Positions 9,986 to 20,121 are shown, numbered from the stretch's first letter. The stretch: 64,000 nucleotides of DNA from Mycobacteriales bacterium (GCA_046593925.1 JBKJQN010000055.1:21183-85182); one strand, 5' to 3'. Made by a program: numbers and translations. Notes: generated from the letters alone by a model not told the origin.

Positions 9986-10651
9986 TCATGGGCGACCGGC
10001 GCGGTCCCGCGGGCAGGTGAGGCGCGCCCACCAGGCACCGAAGGTGACACCGGCAAGGACCTGGGCCAGCGCGACCAGGGGGAGCCCCAGGTCCCGGAAG
10101 CCCTGGTAGCTCGACACCTCCCGCTGCAGGGTGCGCGATCCGGGCTGGCCGACGAGAACGATGCCGAGCAGGAAGACGACGAGCGCGGCGACGGCTGCGC
10201 TGGCGATGACGACCGCGCGGCGCCGCGGGAGGCCGCGCACCCCGGCGACGGCGAAGACGGATCCGAGCAGGACCGCCAGCAGGGCGATCCAGAGCAGTCC
10301 GCGAACGAGGACCGTTGTCGTGACGTCACCGGTGGTGGGCGGCAGCCCGAGGGCGCGCTCACCACGGAACAGGGCCGTGACGGCGGCGAACGGGTACGTC
10401 GCGGAGCGGCCCTCGGCGACGGCCACCACGACCAGGGTGATCAGCCACGCGGCGGCGGCCAGCCCACTGGCGACGAGGGCGCCCCGGATGAGCTCCAGCT
10501 GGCCGGGTCCCTGCCGCTTCGGCAGCTCGCGGCGCCGGGTGCCCGGCCTGGCCCACGACACCGAGGTGTCCACGCGAGGTCGTACGTGGCGTACGTCTTG
10601 GGAGGTGTCCGTGCTCGAGACTGTCGTGTTCTGTGCCGGGCTCGCGATCAC
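9986..10651 (-). CDS. Hypothetical membrane protein (about 4 TM)
   Basis: 221-aa ORF with four hydrophobic segments; start uncertain. Confidence 0.6.
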   Translation of the reverse strand: MIASPAQNTTVSSTDTSQDVRHVRPRVDTSVSWARPGTRRRELPKRQGPGQLELIRGALVASGLAAAAWLITLVVVAVAEGRSATYPFAAVTALFRGERALGLPPTTGDVTTTVLVRGLLWIALLAVLLGSVFAVAGVRGLPRRRAVVIASAAVAALVVFLLGIVLVGQPGSRTLQREVSSYQGFRDLGLPLVALAQVLAGVTFGAWWARLTCPRDRAGRP

Positions 10652-10734
10652 GTGGCGGCTCCTTGCGCTCGGGTCCCGCGCTACGGGCTTCCTGTAGGTC
10701 TGCCCGGCCGGTGTGGCGGATCAGGCCCGGACGT

Positions 10735-10751
10735 GTGACAGAGCCGTGACA
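10735..10751. promoter_or_regulatory. Box 2 GTGACAGAGCCGTGACA (GTGAC-N6-GTGAC)
   Basis: Direct repeat with 11-bp period, typical of OmpR-family sites; upstream of the membrane protein gene. Confidence 0.55.
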
Positions 10752-11063
10752 ACCGGTGCGCCGACGTGGTCAGCCACGGGTCACGCGGGTCATGACGGCC
10801 CGCTCCCAGGACCGGCTGCGCCGGCGGGCGTGCTGCACCCTCGGCCCATCGCAGGGGCTCGTCGTGCCGGTCCTCGCGGCTGGGAGAGCTGTCGACGGGC
10901 GTCATCGCGCGGTCCTGCGCCGCGCCACCTGCAGCTGTGCGCTCGGGTCCAACCGTTGCGCCACCGCAGTCCTTTGTGCCTCGGCCATCCGTTGCCTCCG
11001 CGTGAGCCAGCTGCCCTGGACGCTTGTCAGCCTGGCTCGACCCCATGGCGGGGGGTCCCGGTC

Positions 11064-11085
11064 CGATGACAGAGCTGTGTCATCG
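11064..11085. promoter_or_regulatory. Box 3 CGATGACA-GAGCTG-TGTCATCG upstream of the response regulator
   Basis: Perfect 8-6-8 inverted repeat sharing the 17-bp core with boxes 1 and 2. Confidence 0.55.
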
Positions 11086-11131
11086 CCGGTGCTCCGGCGC
11101 CCCCGCCTAGCCGGCGGTGCACGATGGTGCG

Positions 11132-11806
11132 GTGGCCGACCTGCTTCTCGTCGAGGACGACGACGGCATCCGGCTGTCCCTTCAGCTCGCCCTCGAGGAC
11201 GAGGGGCACCGGGTGGTCGCCGTCCCCACCGCGGAGACGGGACTGTCCAGGGCAGCGGTCGAGTCCTTCGACGCGGTGCTCGTCGACCTGACCCTGCCGG
11301 GGATGGACGGCTACGACCTGATCCGCGCCGTACGGCGGGCCAGCGACGTGCCGATCGTCGTGGTGAGCGCGCGGGACGACACGCACGACATCGTGGCCGC
11401 GCTCGAGGCCGGTGCCGACGACTACGTGGTCAAGCCGGTGCCGGTGAAGGAGCTGGCCGCCCGGCTGCGGGCGCTGCGGCGTCGCATCCGGACCGCCGAG
11501 CCCACCTCGCCGGTCACCGTCGTCGGCGAGCTGGAGATCTGCCCGGCCGCCGGTGAGGTGCGGTTCCAGGGCGAGCCGGTCAGCCTCACGCGGACCGAGT
11601 TCAGGCTGCTCTGCGAGCTCGCGAGGCAGGTCGGGCAGGTCCTGTCCCGGGCCCAGCTCCTCACCAGGGTCTGGGAGTACGACTTCGGCGACGAGCGACT
11701 CGTCGACGTCCACGTCGGGCGGCTGCGCCGCAAGATCGAGGCGGACCCGGCCGAGCCGCAGCACCTGGTCACGGTGCGCGGGTTGGGCTACAAGCTCCAG
11801 CGGTGA
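11132..11806 (+). CDS. OmpR/PhoB-family response regulator (MtrA/AfsQ1-like)
   Basis: LLLVEDD, VLVDLTLPGMDG, GADDYVVKP, winged helix LTRTEFRLL...VDVHVGRLRRKIE...TVRGLGYK. Confidence 0.95.
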   Translation: MADLLLVEDDDGIRLSLQLALEDEGHRVVAVPTAETGLSRAAVESFDAVLVDLTLPGMDGYDLIRAVRRASDVPIVVVSARDDTHDIVAALEAGADDYVVKPVPVKELAARLRALRRRIRTAEPTSPVTVVGELEICPAAGEVRFQGEPVSLTRTEFRLLCELARQVGQVLSRAQLLTRVWEYDFGDERLVDVHVGRLRRKIEADPAEPQHLVTVRGLGYKLQR

Positions 11807-13137
11807 GGCGGGCCGGGCTTCGCAGCCGCATCACCGCACTGTTCGCCGTCGGCGCGCTCGTCAGCTGCGCCGCACTGGCGCTCGGGGCGTACGAGCTCAC
11901 CCGGGCGACGCTGGTCCCCGAGCGCGAGCGGACCGCGGTCCGGGCCGCCTACTACGACGCCGCCACGGTCCAGGCCGGGCTCAGCGTCGACGACCCAGAC
12001 CTCGTCTCCGTGCTGCGCAGTGTCGACACGGGCTCGACGCGCAGGCCGGTGGTCCGGCGCGGCGGGACCTGGTTCGCGCGCACCGCGGACTCCGGTCTGA
12101 CCGCGGCGATCCCGCGGAGCCTGCAGGCGCTGGCCGAACAGGGCCGTCCCGGCGTGCAGCGGGTCCGGGTCGAGGGGCGGCCGTTCCTGGTGACGATGAT
12201 CCCGCTCGCCCCGGTCCAGGCCACCTACTACGAGCTGAACGACCTGAGCGAGATCCAGGGGACCTTGCGCTCCCTGTCCACGACGCTCGGCCTCGTCGCG
12301 CTCGCGACAGCGGTGGCGGGGGCGCTGGTCGGACGGTGGGCGAGCGGGCGGGTGCTGAGACCGCTCGCCTCGGTCGAGCACGCGGCGACCATGATCGTGC
12401 AGGGGAACCTGGGCGTCCGACTCGATGCCGCCCGGGAGCCCGACCTGCGTCGCTTCACCAGCTCCTTCAACACGATGGTGGACGCGCTGGCGGCGCGGAT
12501 GGAACGCGACCGGCGCTTCGCCGCGGACGTCAGCCACGAGCTGAGGTCGCCTCTGCAGACGCTGTCCAGCGCCGCCGAGGTCCTCGACCGTCGCCGGGAC
12601 GACCTCGACGACCGCTCCGCGGCCGCGGTCCAGCTGGTGACCAAGGAGATCGGCCGTTTCCAGCAGCTCGTCACCGACCTGCTCGAGCTGGCCAAGGGCG
12701 ACCGGCCGCCCGACCTGTCCGACGTCGACGTCGCCGCGCTCCTGCGGGCGGTCTGCCAGGAGCGCGGTACGCCCGTCGAGGCCGGCGGCCCCCTGGTCGT
12801 CCGGGCCGACGTGCGCCGACTGCGGCAGGTCCTCGCGAACCTGCTCGACAACGCCGACCGGCACGGCGGCGGTCCGGTGGCCGCTCGGGCGTACCGGGTG
12901 GGCAGCACCGTCCGGCTCGAAATCGACGACGACGGCCCCGGCGTGCCGGTGGAGGAGCGAGGCCTCGTGTTCGACCGGTTCGGCCGAGGCGGTGGGGCCG
13001 GGGTGCGGGGCAGCAGGGAGGGGACCGGTCTGGGACTGGCCCTGGTCGCGCAGCACGTGGCCGCGCACCACGGCGAGGTGGCAGTCGTCGACCGGCCGGG
13101 GGGCGGCGCGCGCTTCGTCGTGGCGCTGCCGGCGTGA
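11803..13137 (+). CDS. HAMP-domain sensor histidine kinase
   Basis: Two TM helices, HAMP, DVSHELRSPL, NLLDNA, DDDGPGV, GTGLGL. Confidence 0.95.
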   Translation: MRRAGLRSRITALFAVGALVSCAALALGAYELTRATLVPERERTAVRAAYYDAATVQAGLSVDDPDLVSVLRSVDTGSTRRPVVRRGGTWFARTADSGLTAAIPRSLQALAEQGRPGVQRVRVEGRPFLVTMIPLAPVQATYYELNDLSEIQGTLRSLSTTLGLVALATAVAGALVGRWASGRVLRPLASVEHAATMIVQGNLGVRLDAAREPDLRRFTSSFNTMVDALAARMERDRRFAADVSHELRSPLQTLSSAAEVLDRRRDDLDDRSAAAVQLVTKEIGRFQQLVTDLLELAKGDRPPDLSDVDVAALLRAVCQERGTPVEAGGPLVVRADVRRLRQVLANLLDNADRHGGGPVAARAYRVGSTVRLEIDDDGPGVPVEERGLVFDRFGRGGGAGVRGSREGTGLGLALVAQHVAAHHGEVAVVDRPGGGARFVVALPA

Positions 13138-13703
13138 GGGGCGGCCGAGCAGTGCTCCTGCTCGTCGCCGCCCTGGTCCTCGGGCTGACCGGCTGCGGTG
13201 TGCGGCCGGAGCGGCAGGCCCGGGCACTGGGCGCGCAGGACGCGCCCGCCGGTGTCCTGGTGACCCCGTCCGGCTCGGCACCGGCGACGGGGACGAGCAA
13301 CGAGCAGCTGGCCTTCGTCCGGGACGCCCACCTGGCCATGGTCACCCGGGCTGCGGCCGAGGTCACTCCCGCGGCGGTGCTGCGGGACCTGCTCGGCGGG
13401 CCACTGCCCGCCGAACGGGACCAGGGGCTCACGACAGTGCTGCCCGCCGGGGCGGGCTCGCTGGTGGCTGTTGCGGGTGGCGTGGCCTCGGTGTCGCTCA
13501 GCGGAGCCCTGCTCGACAGCGGCCGCAGCGACCAGGTGCTCGCCCTGGCACAGGTCGTCGTGACGCTGGACGCGCTGCCCGAGGTGACCGGCGTGCGCTT
13601 CCTGCGCGACGGCCATCCCCTCCCGGTGCCGCGGGCCGACGGTGCGATCGTGGGGACCCCGCTCACTGCTGCGGACTACGGGGACCTGCTCGCTCCGGGG
13701 TGA
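13134..13703 (+). CDS. GerMN-domain lipoprotein (LpqB-like accessory protein)
   Basis: Lipobox LTGC; LLGGPLPAERDQGLTT...LALAQVVVTL...VTGVRF; GTGA overlap with the kinase. Confidence 0.85.
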   Translation: MRGGRAVLLLVAALVLGLTGCGVRPERQARALGAQDAPAGVLVTPSGSAPATGTSNEQLAFVRDAHLAMVTRAAAEVTPAAVLRDLLGGPLPAERDQGLTTVLPAGAGSLVAVAGGVASVSLSGALLDSGRSDQVLALAQVVVTLDALPEVTGVRFLRDGHPLPVPRADGAIVGTPLTAADYGDLLAPG

Positions 13704-13834
13704 GCGCCGCTCCGGCGTGACCGTCGGGCCGGATGACGCACGGGAAGCACGAGCCATCGAGGCGAGGGGTGCCCTCGGCCGCAGGGAGCAGGTCCGGCCA
13801 GCGGCCGGCGTCCGTCCCCTTCAGCGGTCCCGAC

Positions 13835-14236
13835 TCAGCCGGTGCCGGCCACCCACGGCCAGTGCTGCTCCGGCTGCTCTCCGGCAGCTGCGGCGAAGGC
13901 CCGCAGGGCATCGACCGCGGCCACCCTTTCCTCGGGCCGCATCCGGCTCAAGATCCCGGCGATGTCGGCCTCCCGGCGGCTCCGTACGCGGTCGAGCAGC
14001 GGCCGGCTCGCGGCGTGCACGCCGACCTCGTCGGCGAGGACCGTGACCTTGAGCCCCCCTCGGCTGCCCAGGACGACGAGCGCCCGGTACTGGGGCAGCG
14101 TCAGGTCGCTCTGGACCTCGTCGACCGACCGGGCGGCGACCGCCACCAGCGCCCGCGAGGCGAGCAGGAACGGCTGCACGTCATCCGGACCGGCCGACTC
14201 ATGGCGTGCAGGTCCCCGTCCCGCGGCGACCGCCAC
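13835..14236 (-). pseudogene. MarR-family regulator with internal deletion of the recognition helix and wing
   Basis: LLASRALVAVAARS...LTLPQYRALVVL...LADEVGVHA jumps directly to the C-terminal RRREADI-type segment. Confidence 0.65.
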
Positions 14237-14344
14237 CTGACCTCCTCCCGCCGCGGACCGCTGCGGTGCTGATCCAGGCCGGCTGCCTCGTCCCCACCTC
14301 GACGCCGCCGGCCCCGCCTCGTCTGGGCCACACGCTTCCCTGAC

Positions 14345-14365
14345 TCATGCATGCGTCATGCATGA
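14345..14365. promoter_or_regulatory. Palindrome TCATGCATG-CGT-CATGCATGA, candidate MarR operator
   Basis: Perfect 9-3-9 inverted repeat, AT-richer than its surroundings, between divergent marR and clc. Confidence 0.5.
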
Positions 14366-14437
14366 TTGGAACGCCTCGCTCGACCGCAGAGCGGTCACGA
14401 GCCGCGAGAGGATGCAGATGAACCACGAGGTGCCTGA

Positions 14438-16222
14438 GTGAGCGAGGCCACGGTGTCCCGGGCGACTGGCCTTGACCGACTGCCGCTCCGTGCGCTCGCG
14501 GCTGATCGGCGTGGCAGCCGGGTGTCGTTGGTCCTGCGGTCCGCCCGGGGGCGCCTCCTCGCCCTGGCCCTCTCGGTGGGCGTCGGCGCCGGGGTCGGCG
14601 CGGTCGCGTTCCGCTACCTCATCGAGGCCGTGACCAGGCTGTTCACCGGCCACCAGGACTACGCGGGGCTCGGCCGCGTGGGCAACCCGCATCTGCCCTG
14701 GCTGGGCCCGTACTTCGTGGTCCTGGCACCGGTGGTGGCCGGCCTGCTGTACGGCCCGCTCGTCCAGCGCTTCGCGCGGGAGGCCCGCGGCCACGGCGTC
14801 CCCGAGGTGATGGTCGCGGTGGCCCGGCACGGCGGCCGGATCCGCCCGCAGGTGGCCGTGGTCAAGGCCCTGGCCTCCGCCCTGTGCATCGGCGGCGGCG
14901 GCTCGGTCGGCCGGGAAGGCCCGATCGTGCAGATCGGCTCCGCGCTCGGGTCGTCGCTGGCCCAGCTGCTGCACCTGGACGAGCGCCGGGTCCGGCTGCT
15001 CGTCGCCTGCGGAGCCGCCGGCGGCATCGCGGCGACCTTCAACGCGCCGCTCGCCGGGGTGTTCTTCGCGATGGAGCTCATCCTGCGCCGATGGGAGGCG
15101 GAGTCCTTCGGCATGGTCGTGCTCTCGTCGGTGACGGCGAGCGTCATCGGCCGCTCGGTCCTGGGCAACAACTCGTTCCTCGTCCTGCCGGCGTTCCAGG
15201 TCGACCACCTGGCGCAGTACCCGCTGTTCGCGCTGCTCGGGCTGGTCGCCGGCCTGGTGGGCGTCGCCTTCTCCCGGGTCCTGTACGCCGTCGAGGATGC
15301 CTGCGACTGGGCCTGGCGCGGACCGGAGTGGTTGCGGCCGGCGACGGGTGGGCTGCTGCTCGGTGCCCTGCTGCTCCTGCTCCCCGAGATGTACGGCGTC
15401 GGCTACCCCGTCCTCGGCAAGGCGGTGGCCGGCGGCTACGTCGCGGCCTTCCTGCTCGCACTGCTGGCCGGGAAGGTGCTCGCCTGCAGCCTCACGATCG
15501 GCATCGGCGGGTCCGGCGGGGTCTTCGCGCCCAGCCTGTTCGTCGGGGCCATGACCGGCGCGGTGTTCGGTGACGCCGTCCATGCGGTCGCGCCGCACGC
15601 CGGTGGGTCGCTGGGTGCGTACGCGCTGGTCGGCATGGGTGCGGTCTTCGCCGGCGCTGCGCGGGCCCCGATCACCGCGGTCGTGATCCTGTTCGAGCTG
15701 ACCGGCGAGTACACGATCATCCTGCCGCTCATGCTCGCGATCGTGCTGGCCACCGGGATCAGCGACCTCGTCTCGCACGACACGGTCTACACCCGGAAGC
15801 TGCTGCGCCGCGGCATCGACATCGACGAGCCAGCCGACGCCGCCCTGCGCCGCACGCCGGTCAGCGACTTCATGGTCGATGCGCCCGACGCGGTACCGAC
15901 CGGTGCGGACCTGCACGCGGTCGCGGCCAGGTTCGTCGGCGGTGCCGACAGCTGCCTCCCGGTAGGGGACGAGGAGGGCCGCTACCTGGGCACGGTCAGC
16001 GCGCACGAGGTGATGGACGCGCTGGCCGCCGGCGAGGCCGTCGACGTCGTCGCGCTGACCCGAGGCGCCGACCCCGTCCCGGTCGACGCGCCGCTCGGTG
16101 AGGTGCTGCGCCGGCTCGACCGGGGCTCGGACGCCGTCCCCGTCGCTGACGGCGCCGGCCGGCTGGTCGGCTGGGTACGCCACCGCGACCTGCTCGCCGC
16201 GCTCGCCCGGCGGGGCGGTTGA
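14438..16222 (+). CDS. CLC chloride channel/antiporter with CBS domains
   Basis: GHGVPE, GGSVGREGP, FNAPLAG, GGVFAP motifs and a C-terminal CBS pair. Confidence 0.95.
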   Translation: MSEATVSRATGLDRLPLRALAADRRGSRVSLVLRSARGRLLALALSVGVGAGVGAVAFRYLIEAVTRLFTGHQDYAGLGRVGNPHLPWLGPYFVVLAPVVAGLLYGPLVQRFAREARGHGVPEVMVAVARHGGRIRPQVAVVKALASALCIGGGGSVGREGPIVQIGSALGSSLAQLLHLDERRVRLLVACGAAGGIAATFNAPLAGVFFAMELILRRWEAESFGMVVLSSVTASVIGRSVLGNNSFLVLPAFQVDHLAQYPLFALLGLVAGLVGVAFSRVLYAVEDACDWAWRGPEWLRPATGGLLLGALLLLLPEMYGVGYPVLGKAVAGGYVAAFLLALLAGKVLACSLTIGIGGSGGVFAPSLFVGAMTGAVFGDAVHAVAPHAGGSLGAYALVGMGAVFAGAARAPITAVVILFELTGEYTIILPLMLAIVLATGISDLVSHDTVYTRKLLRRGIDIDEPADAALRRTPVSDFMVDAPDAVPTGADLHAVAARFVGGADSCLPVGDEEGRYLGTVSAHEVMDALAAGEAVDVVALTRGADPVPVDAPLGEVLRRLDRGSDAVPVADGAGRLVGWVRHRDLLAALARRGG

Positions 16223-16907
16223 TGCCGGTCACCTGGCTGGTCGTCGTCGCCTGGGTGGCCCTGGCCGCTGCGTGCGCCTGCGCTGCTCTGATCCTTCGCA
16301 GACCTCTACGGTCGCGGGAACCGGCTAGATGCCCGTCATGGAGGCCGTGTGGCGGGTCGCAGCGCGCAACCTCGGCCCCGTCTTGGCTACCTCCGGTTCG
16401 GCCGCCCTCCCCACAGCCCCACCTGGCTCCAGGAGCAGGCGAGGTCCGAGTCGCCGGGCAAGTCCGGATCGGCCTTCGTCGCCGCGGGGGTCAGCCACTG
16501 CGGTGCCGGCCGCACGCTCGGCGACATCGTGGCCGAGTTCACGGTCTTCACGCTGAGGGTGACGCTGTTCGCGGCCTCGCTGCTCGCGGAGTACGTCGGT
16601 GACTACCTGCTCGCAGTCACCCTGGCCTGCCTGGCCTTCCAGTACTTCACGATCGCGCCGATGCGCGGGCCCGGCTGGGCGATAGGATTGTCACAGCGCC
16701 GAAGGCCGATGTCCTGCCGCTGACCGAGGTCGGTCTGTTCGGCAGGATGGCGCTGATGTCGCTGGTGTTCTTCCCTGCGCCGCACCACCTGCTCCCGAGC
16801 TCACCCGTCTACTGTTTCTCATCCAGATCGGGATGGCCCTCGGCTTCGCCACGGCCTGGCCGGGCAACGTCTGGCTGATCCGACGGGGCATCAGGGAGGC
16901 CATGTGA
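16222..16907 (+). pseudogene. DUF4396-family membrane protein, multiply frameshifted
   Basis: MEAVW; GVSHCGAG.TLGDIVAE; FQYFTIAPMRG; QIGMALGFATAWPGNVWLIRRGIREAM in different frames. Confidence 0.75.
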
Positions 16908-17283
16908 GCCAGCCGTCCGACCGGGTACTTGGACGCCCGGTCCCTGCCTCGTCCGCACGGGCCGGAGTCAACCCCGATGACCCACCACCTCGACCACGAG
17001 GAGCCCCGATGACCCGCCCCGCACCCCTGGACCGGGCAAGCGTCGCACCAGCCCCACGGAGGCCGGCGGCAGAACCATCGGCGGCGTCGTGGTCGCACCG
17101 AGCAAGGACATGACGGTCGCCGTCGGCTTCTTCGCGACCGGAGCGGTCCTCGGCCTGGCGGGCGGGCTGCTCGGCCTGACCCACGGGATCATGTCCAACG
17201 TCGAGTGAGCTGACCCCGCGCGCGGGCCCGGCCGCCCGACCGGGAACCGTTCGGTCGCTGAGCCGTACCGTCACGCCCGGAGT

Positions 17284-17302
17284 GCCGGGAAGTCTGGTCG
17301 GC
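17284..17302 (+). promoter_or_regulatory. GCCG-GGAAGTCTGGT-CGGC stem-loop in the antiporter leader (candidate cis-element)
   Basis: 4-bp GC stem with 11-nt loop, 30 nt before the start codon. I recall similar sequence before actinobacterial cation transporters (unverified). Confidence 0.35.
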
Positions 17303-17332
17303 GACCGCTGACACCTGCCTGGAGAATGCCTG

Positions 17333-18802
17333 ATGTCCGACACCCTCGTCTTCGGTCTGCTCGTGCTGTGCACAGCGGCCGCCGGGCTGCTCGCAGTCCA
17401 GTCGCACGTCCTGTCCCAGCGGATCCGCATCCCGGCGCCGGTCCTGTTCCTGGTCGCCGCGGCTGTCGCCGAGCGCTTCATCCCCGCGCTCGAGCACCCC
17501 AGCCAGCGCCTGGTCGAGCGGGTCGTGACGCTGGCGCTGCTGGCCATCCTGTTCGACGGTGGCATGAGCATTGGCCGGGGGAGGCTGCGTTCCGCCCTCC
17601 CGGCCATCGTCAGCCTCGGGGTGCTGGGGACCTTCGCCACGGTCGCCGGCGCGGCGGTCCTGGTCCACCTCGTACTCGGCGTCGACTGGTACCTCTCGGT
17701 CCTCGTCGGGACGGCGGTGGCCCCGACCGACCCCGCCATCGTGTTCTCGGTGCTTGGACAGCGCGAGGTCAAGGGCCGAAGCGGCACCGTGCTGGAGGGC
17801 GAGTCCGGCGCCAACGACCCCGTTGGGATCGCCCTGATGGCAGCGCTGCTGTCCGCCGGCGAGCTGTCCGGCGGTGCGGCGCTGCAGGTCGCCGGCAGCT
17901 TCGTGCTCCAGATGGGCGTCGGCCTCGTGGTGGGCGTGCTCGGCGGCCGGTTGCTCCTCTCGCTGATGCGCCGGGTGTCCCTGCCGGCCGAAGGACTGCA
18001 CCCGGTCCGGACCCTGGTCTTCGCCGGGTTGCTGTTCGGGCTGGCGACGGTGGCCCACGGGTCAGGGTTCCTGGCGGTGTTCCTCGCCGGCATCGTGATC
18101 GGGGATGAGCGGGCGCCGTACAAGCGGGAGGTCGAGCGTTTCCACGCGGCCCTCGCGAGCGTCGCGGAGGTGGTCGCGTTCGCCTACCTCGGCTTCACCG
18201 TCGACCTCGACGTACTGGCGCGCACCGACGTCTGGGTGCCCGGGGTCGCGATCGGGCTGCTGCTCGCCGTGCTGGTCCGGCCACTCGCGGTCTACCCGCT
18301 CCTGCGTCCTGCCGGGCTGCTGCCCGGGGAGAACGCGTTCGTGCTGTTCGCCGGCCTCAAGGGCGCCGTTCCGCTGCTGCTGGGCAGCCTGTTGCTGCCG
18401 CTGGCGGGTGGCCCGCGGCTGTACGGCGTGGTGGTCGTCGTGGTCCTGGTTTCGGTGGCGGTCCAGGGCTCGCTGGTGCCGACGGTCGGCCGCTTGCTGA
18501 AGGTCGGCATGCGGGTCGTGGAGCTCGAGCCGTTCGTGTCGGGCATGCGGCTGCGCGAGGAGCCCGCAGGTGAGCGGCACCTGACCGTGGCGGCGGGCTC
18601 GGCCGCCGACGGCCAGCGCATTGACGCGCTGCCGGGGCTCGCCGAGGGCACGTGGGTCAGCATGCTGCAGCGGGACGGCTCGCTCGTCCCGGTGCGCGGT
18701 ACGACCCGGGTCCTCGCCGGCGACGAGGTGCTCCTCCTCGTCGACCCCGAGCAGGACGCCGACCCGGTCGTCGAGCTGTTCACCGGGCCGGGCCCACCCT
18801 AG
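17333..18802 (+). CDS. CPA1 cation:proton antiporter (NhaP2/CvrA-like) with TrkA-C domain
   Basis: ILFDGG, APTDPAIVFSVL, LEGESGANDPVGI, GSGFLAVF, FAGLKGAVP; C-terminal RCK_C domain. Confidence 0.93.
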   Translation: MSDTLVFGLLVLCTAAAGLLAVQSHVLSQRIRIPAPVLFLVAAAVAERFIPALEHPSQRLVERVVTLALLAILFDGGMSIGRGRLRSALPAIVSLGVLGTFATVAGAAVLVHLVLGVDWYLSVLVGTAVAPTDPAIVFSVLGQREVKGRSGTVLEGESGANDPVGIALMAALLSAGELSGGAALQVAGSFVLQMGVGLVVGVLGGRLLLSLMRRVSLPAEGLHPVRTLVFAGLLFGLATVAHGSGFLAVFLAGIVIGDERAPYKREVERFHAALASVAEVVAFAYLGFTVDLDVLARTDVWVPGVAIGLLLAVLVRPLAVYPLLRPAGLLPGENAFVLFAGLKGAVPLLLGSLLLPLAGGPRLYGVVVVVVLVSVAVQGSLVPTVGRLLKVGMRVVELEPFVSGMRLREEPAGERHLTVAAGSAADGQRIDALPGLAEGTWVSMLQRDGSLVPVRGTTRVLAGDEVLLLVDPEQDADPVVELFTGPGPP

Positions 18803-19069
18803 GGCCCTGGGCCGCGGCACGACCGTCTCCCCGGATGTCGACGAATATGCCTTGGCCCTCGTCCAGCCCGTGCCGGACGCCGGTCAGGAAACTCACGCGC
18901 ACCTCGCTCCCAGCAGCTCATCCGACCGGTCGTGCGGATGACAGCCCCCGGTCGACCCCGCTACCGGGCTCAGCTGCAAGACCTGCACGGGCGTACAGAT
19001 GACCGCCTGGTTTGCCCTCGTCCGCCAGGAGGACATACCGAGGTGGACCGACCGGGCAGGGGAGCCGTT

Positions 19070-20119
19070 GTGCGTGCGTTGACCGTCACACCCGGAGTGC
19101 AGGACTCGCTCGCCCTGAGGGACGTGCCCGAGCCGGGGCCGGAGCACGGCCCGGTACTCGTGCAGGGGCTGGCGCTCGGTCTGTGCGGCACCGACGTCGA
19201 GATCGTCTCCGGTGCCTACGGCGAGGCGCCCGCAGGTCGGGAGCACCTGGTCCTCGGGCACGAGAACCTCGGGCGTGTGCTTGAGGCGCCCGCCGGCTGC
19301 GGCGTCGCGGTGGGCGACCTCGTCGTCGGGATCGTGCGACGTCCCGACCCCGTGCCGTGCGGAGCCTGTGCGGCCGGTGAGTGGGACATGTGCCGCAACG
19401 GGCGCTACACCGAGCACGGGATCAAGGGATTGGACGGTTTCGCGCGCGAGCGCTGGCGGGCCAAGCCCGACGCCCTCGTCGCCGTCGACCCGGAGCTCGC
19501 CGACCTCGGGGTCCTGCTCGAGCCGACGACCGTCGTCGACAAGGCGTGGGAGCAGGTCGACCGGATCGGGGCACGCGCGTTCTACGACCCGCGGGTCGTC
19601 GCCGTGACCGGAGCGGGACCGGTCGGGCTGCTCGCGGCGCTGCTGGGTGTGCAGCGTGGCCTGGAGGTGCACGTCTACGACCTGGTCACCGACGGCCCGA
19701 AACCCGACCTCGTCCGGGACCTCGGTGCGACCTACCACGTGGACTCGCTCCCGGAGTCGGGAGTGCGCGCCGACGTGCTGATCGAGTGCACCGGCGTGCC
19801 GTCGGTCGTGCTCGACGTGATGACCAGCGGCGGGCTCGACTCGGTGGCCTGCCTGACCGGTGTCTCCAACGCCGGCAAGCAGGTGGCGGTCGACCTCGGC
19901 GGGTTCAACCGGGACACCGTCCTGCACAACGAGGTCGTCTTCGGCAGCGTCAACGCAAATCGGCGGCACTACGAGTCCGCGGCACAGGCCCTGCGGCGCG
20001 CCGACCGGGACTGGCTCGGCAGGCTGATGACGCGGCGCGTCCCGCTCACCGGCTTCCGGGAGGCGTTCGACCGGCACCCCCACGACGTGAAGGTCGTACT
20101 CGACCTGACGGCCGGCTGA
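19070..20119 (+). CDS. Zinc-dependent glucose 1-dehydrogenase (MDR family)
   Basis: GLCGTD, LGHENLG, PCGAC...DMC, GAGPVG, GSVNANRRHY. Confidence 0.9.
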   Translation: MRALTVTPGVQDSLALRDVPEPGPEHGPVLVQGLALGLCGTDVEIVSGAYGEAPAGREHLVLGHENLGRVLEAPAGCGVAVGDLVVGIVRRPDPVPCGACAAGEWDMCRNGRYTEHGIKGLDGFARERWRAKPDALVAVDPELADLGVLLEPTTVVDKAWEQVDRIGARAFYDPRVVAVTGAGPVGLLAALLGVQRGLEVHVYDLVTDGPKPDLVRDLGATYHVDSLPESGVRADVLIECTGVPSVVLDVMTSGGLDSVACLTGVSNAGKQVAVDLGGFNRDTVLHNEVVFGSVNANRRHYESAAQALRRADRDWLGRLMTRRVPLTGFREAFDRHPHDVKVVLDLTAG

Positions 20120-20121
20120 AG

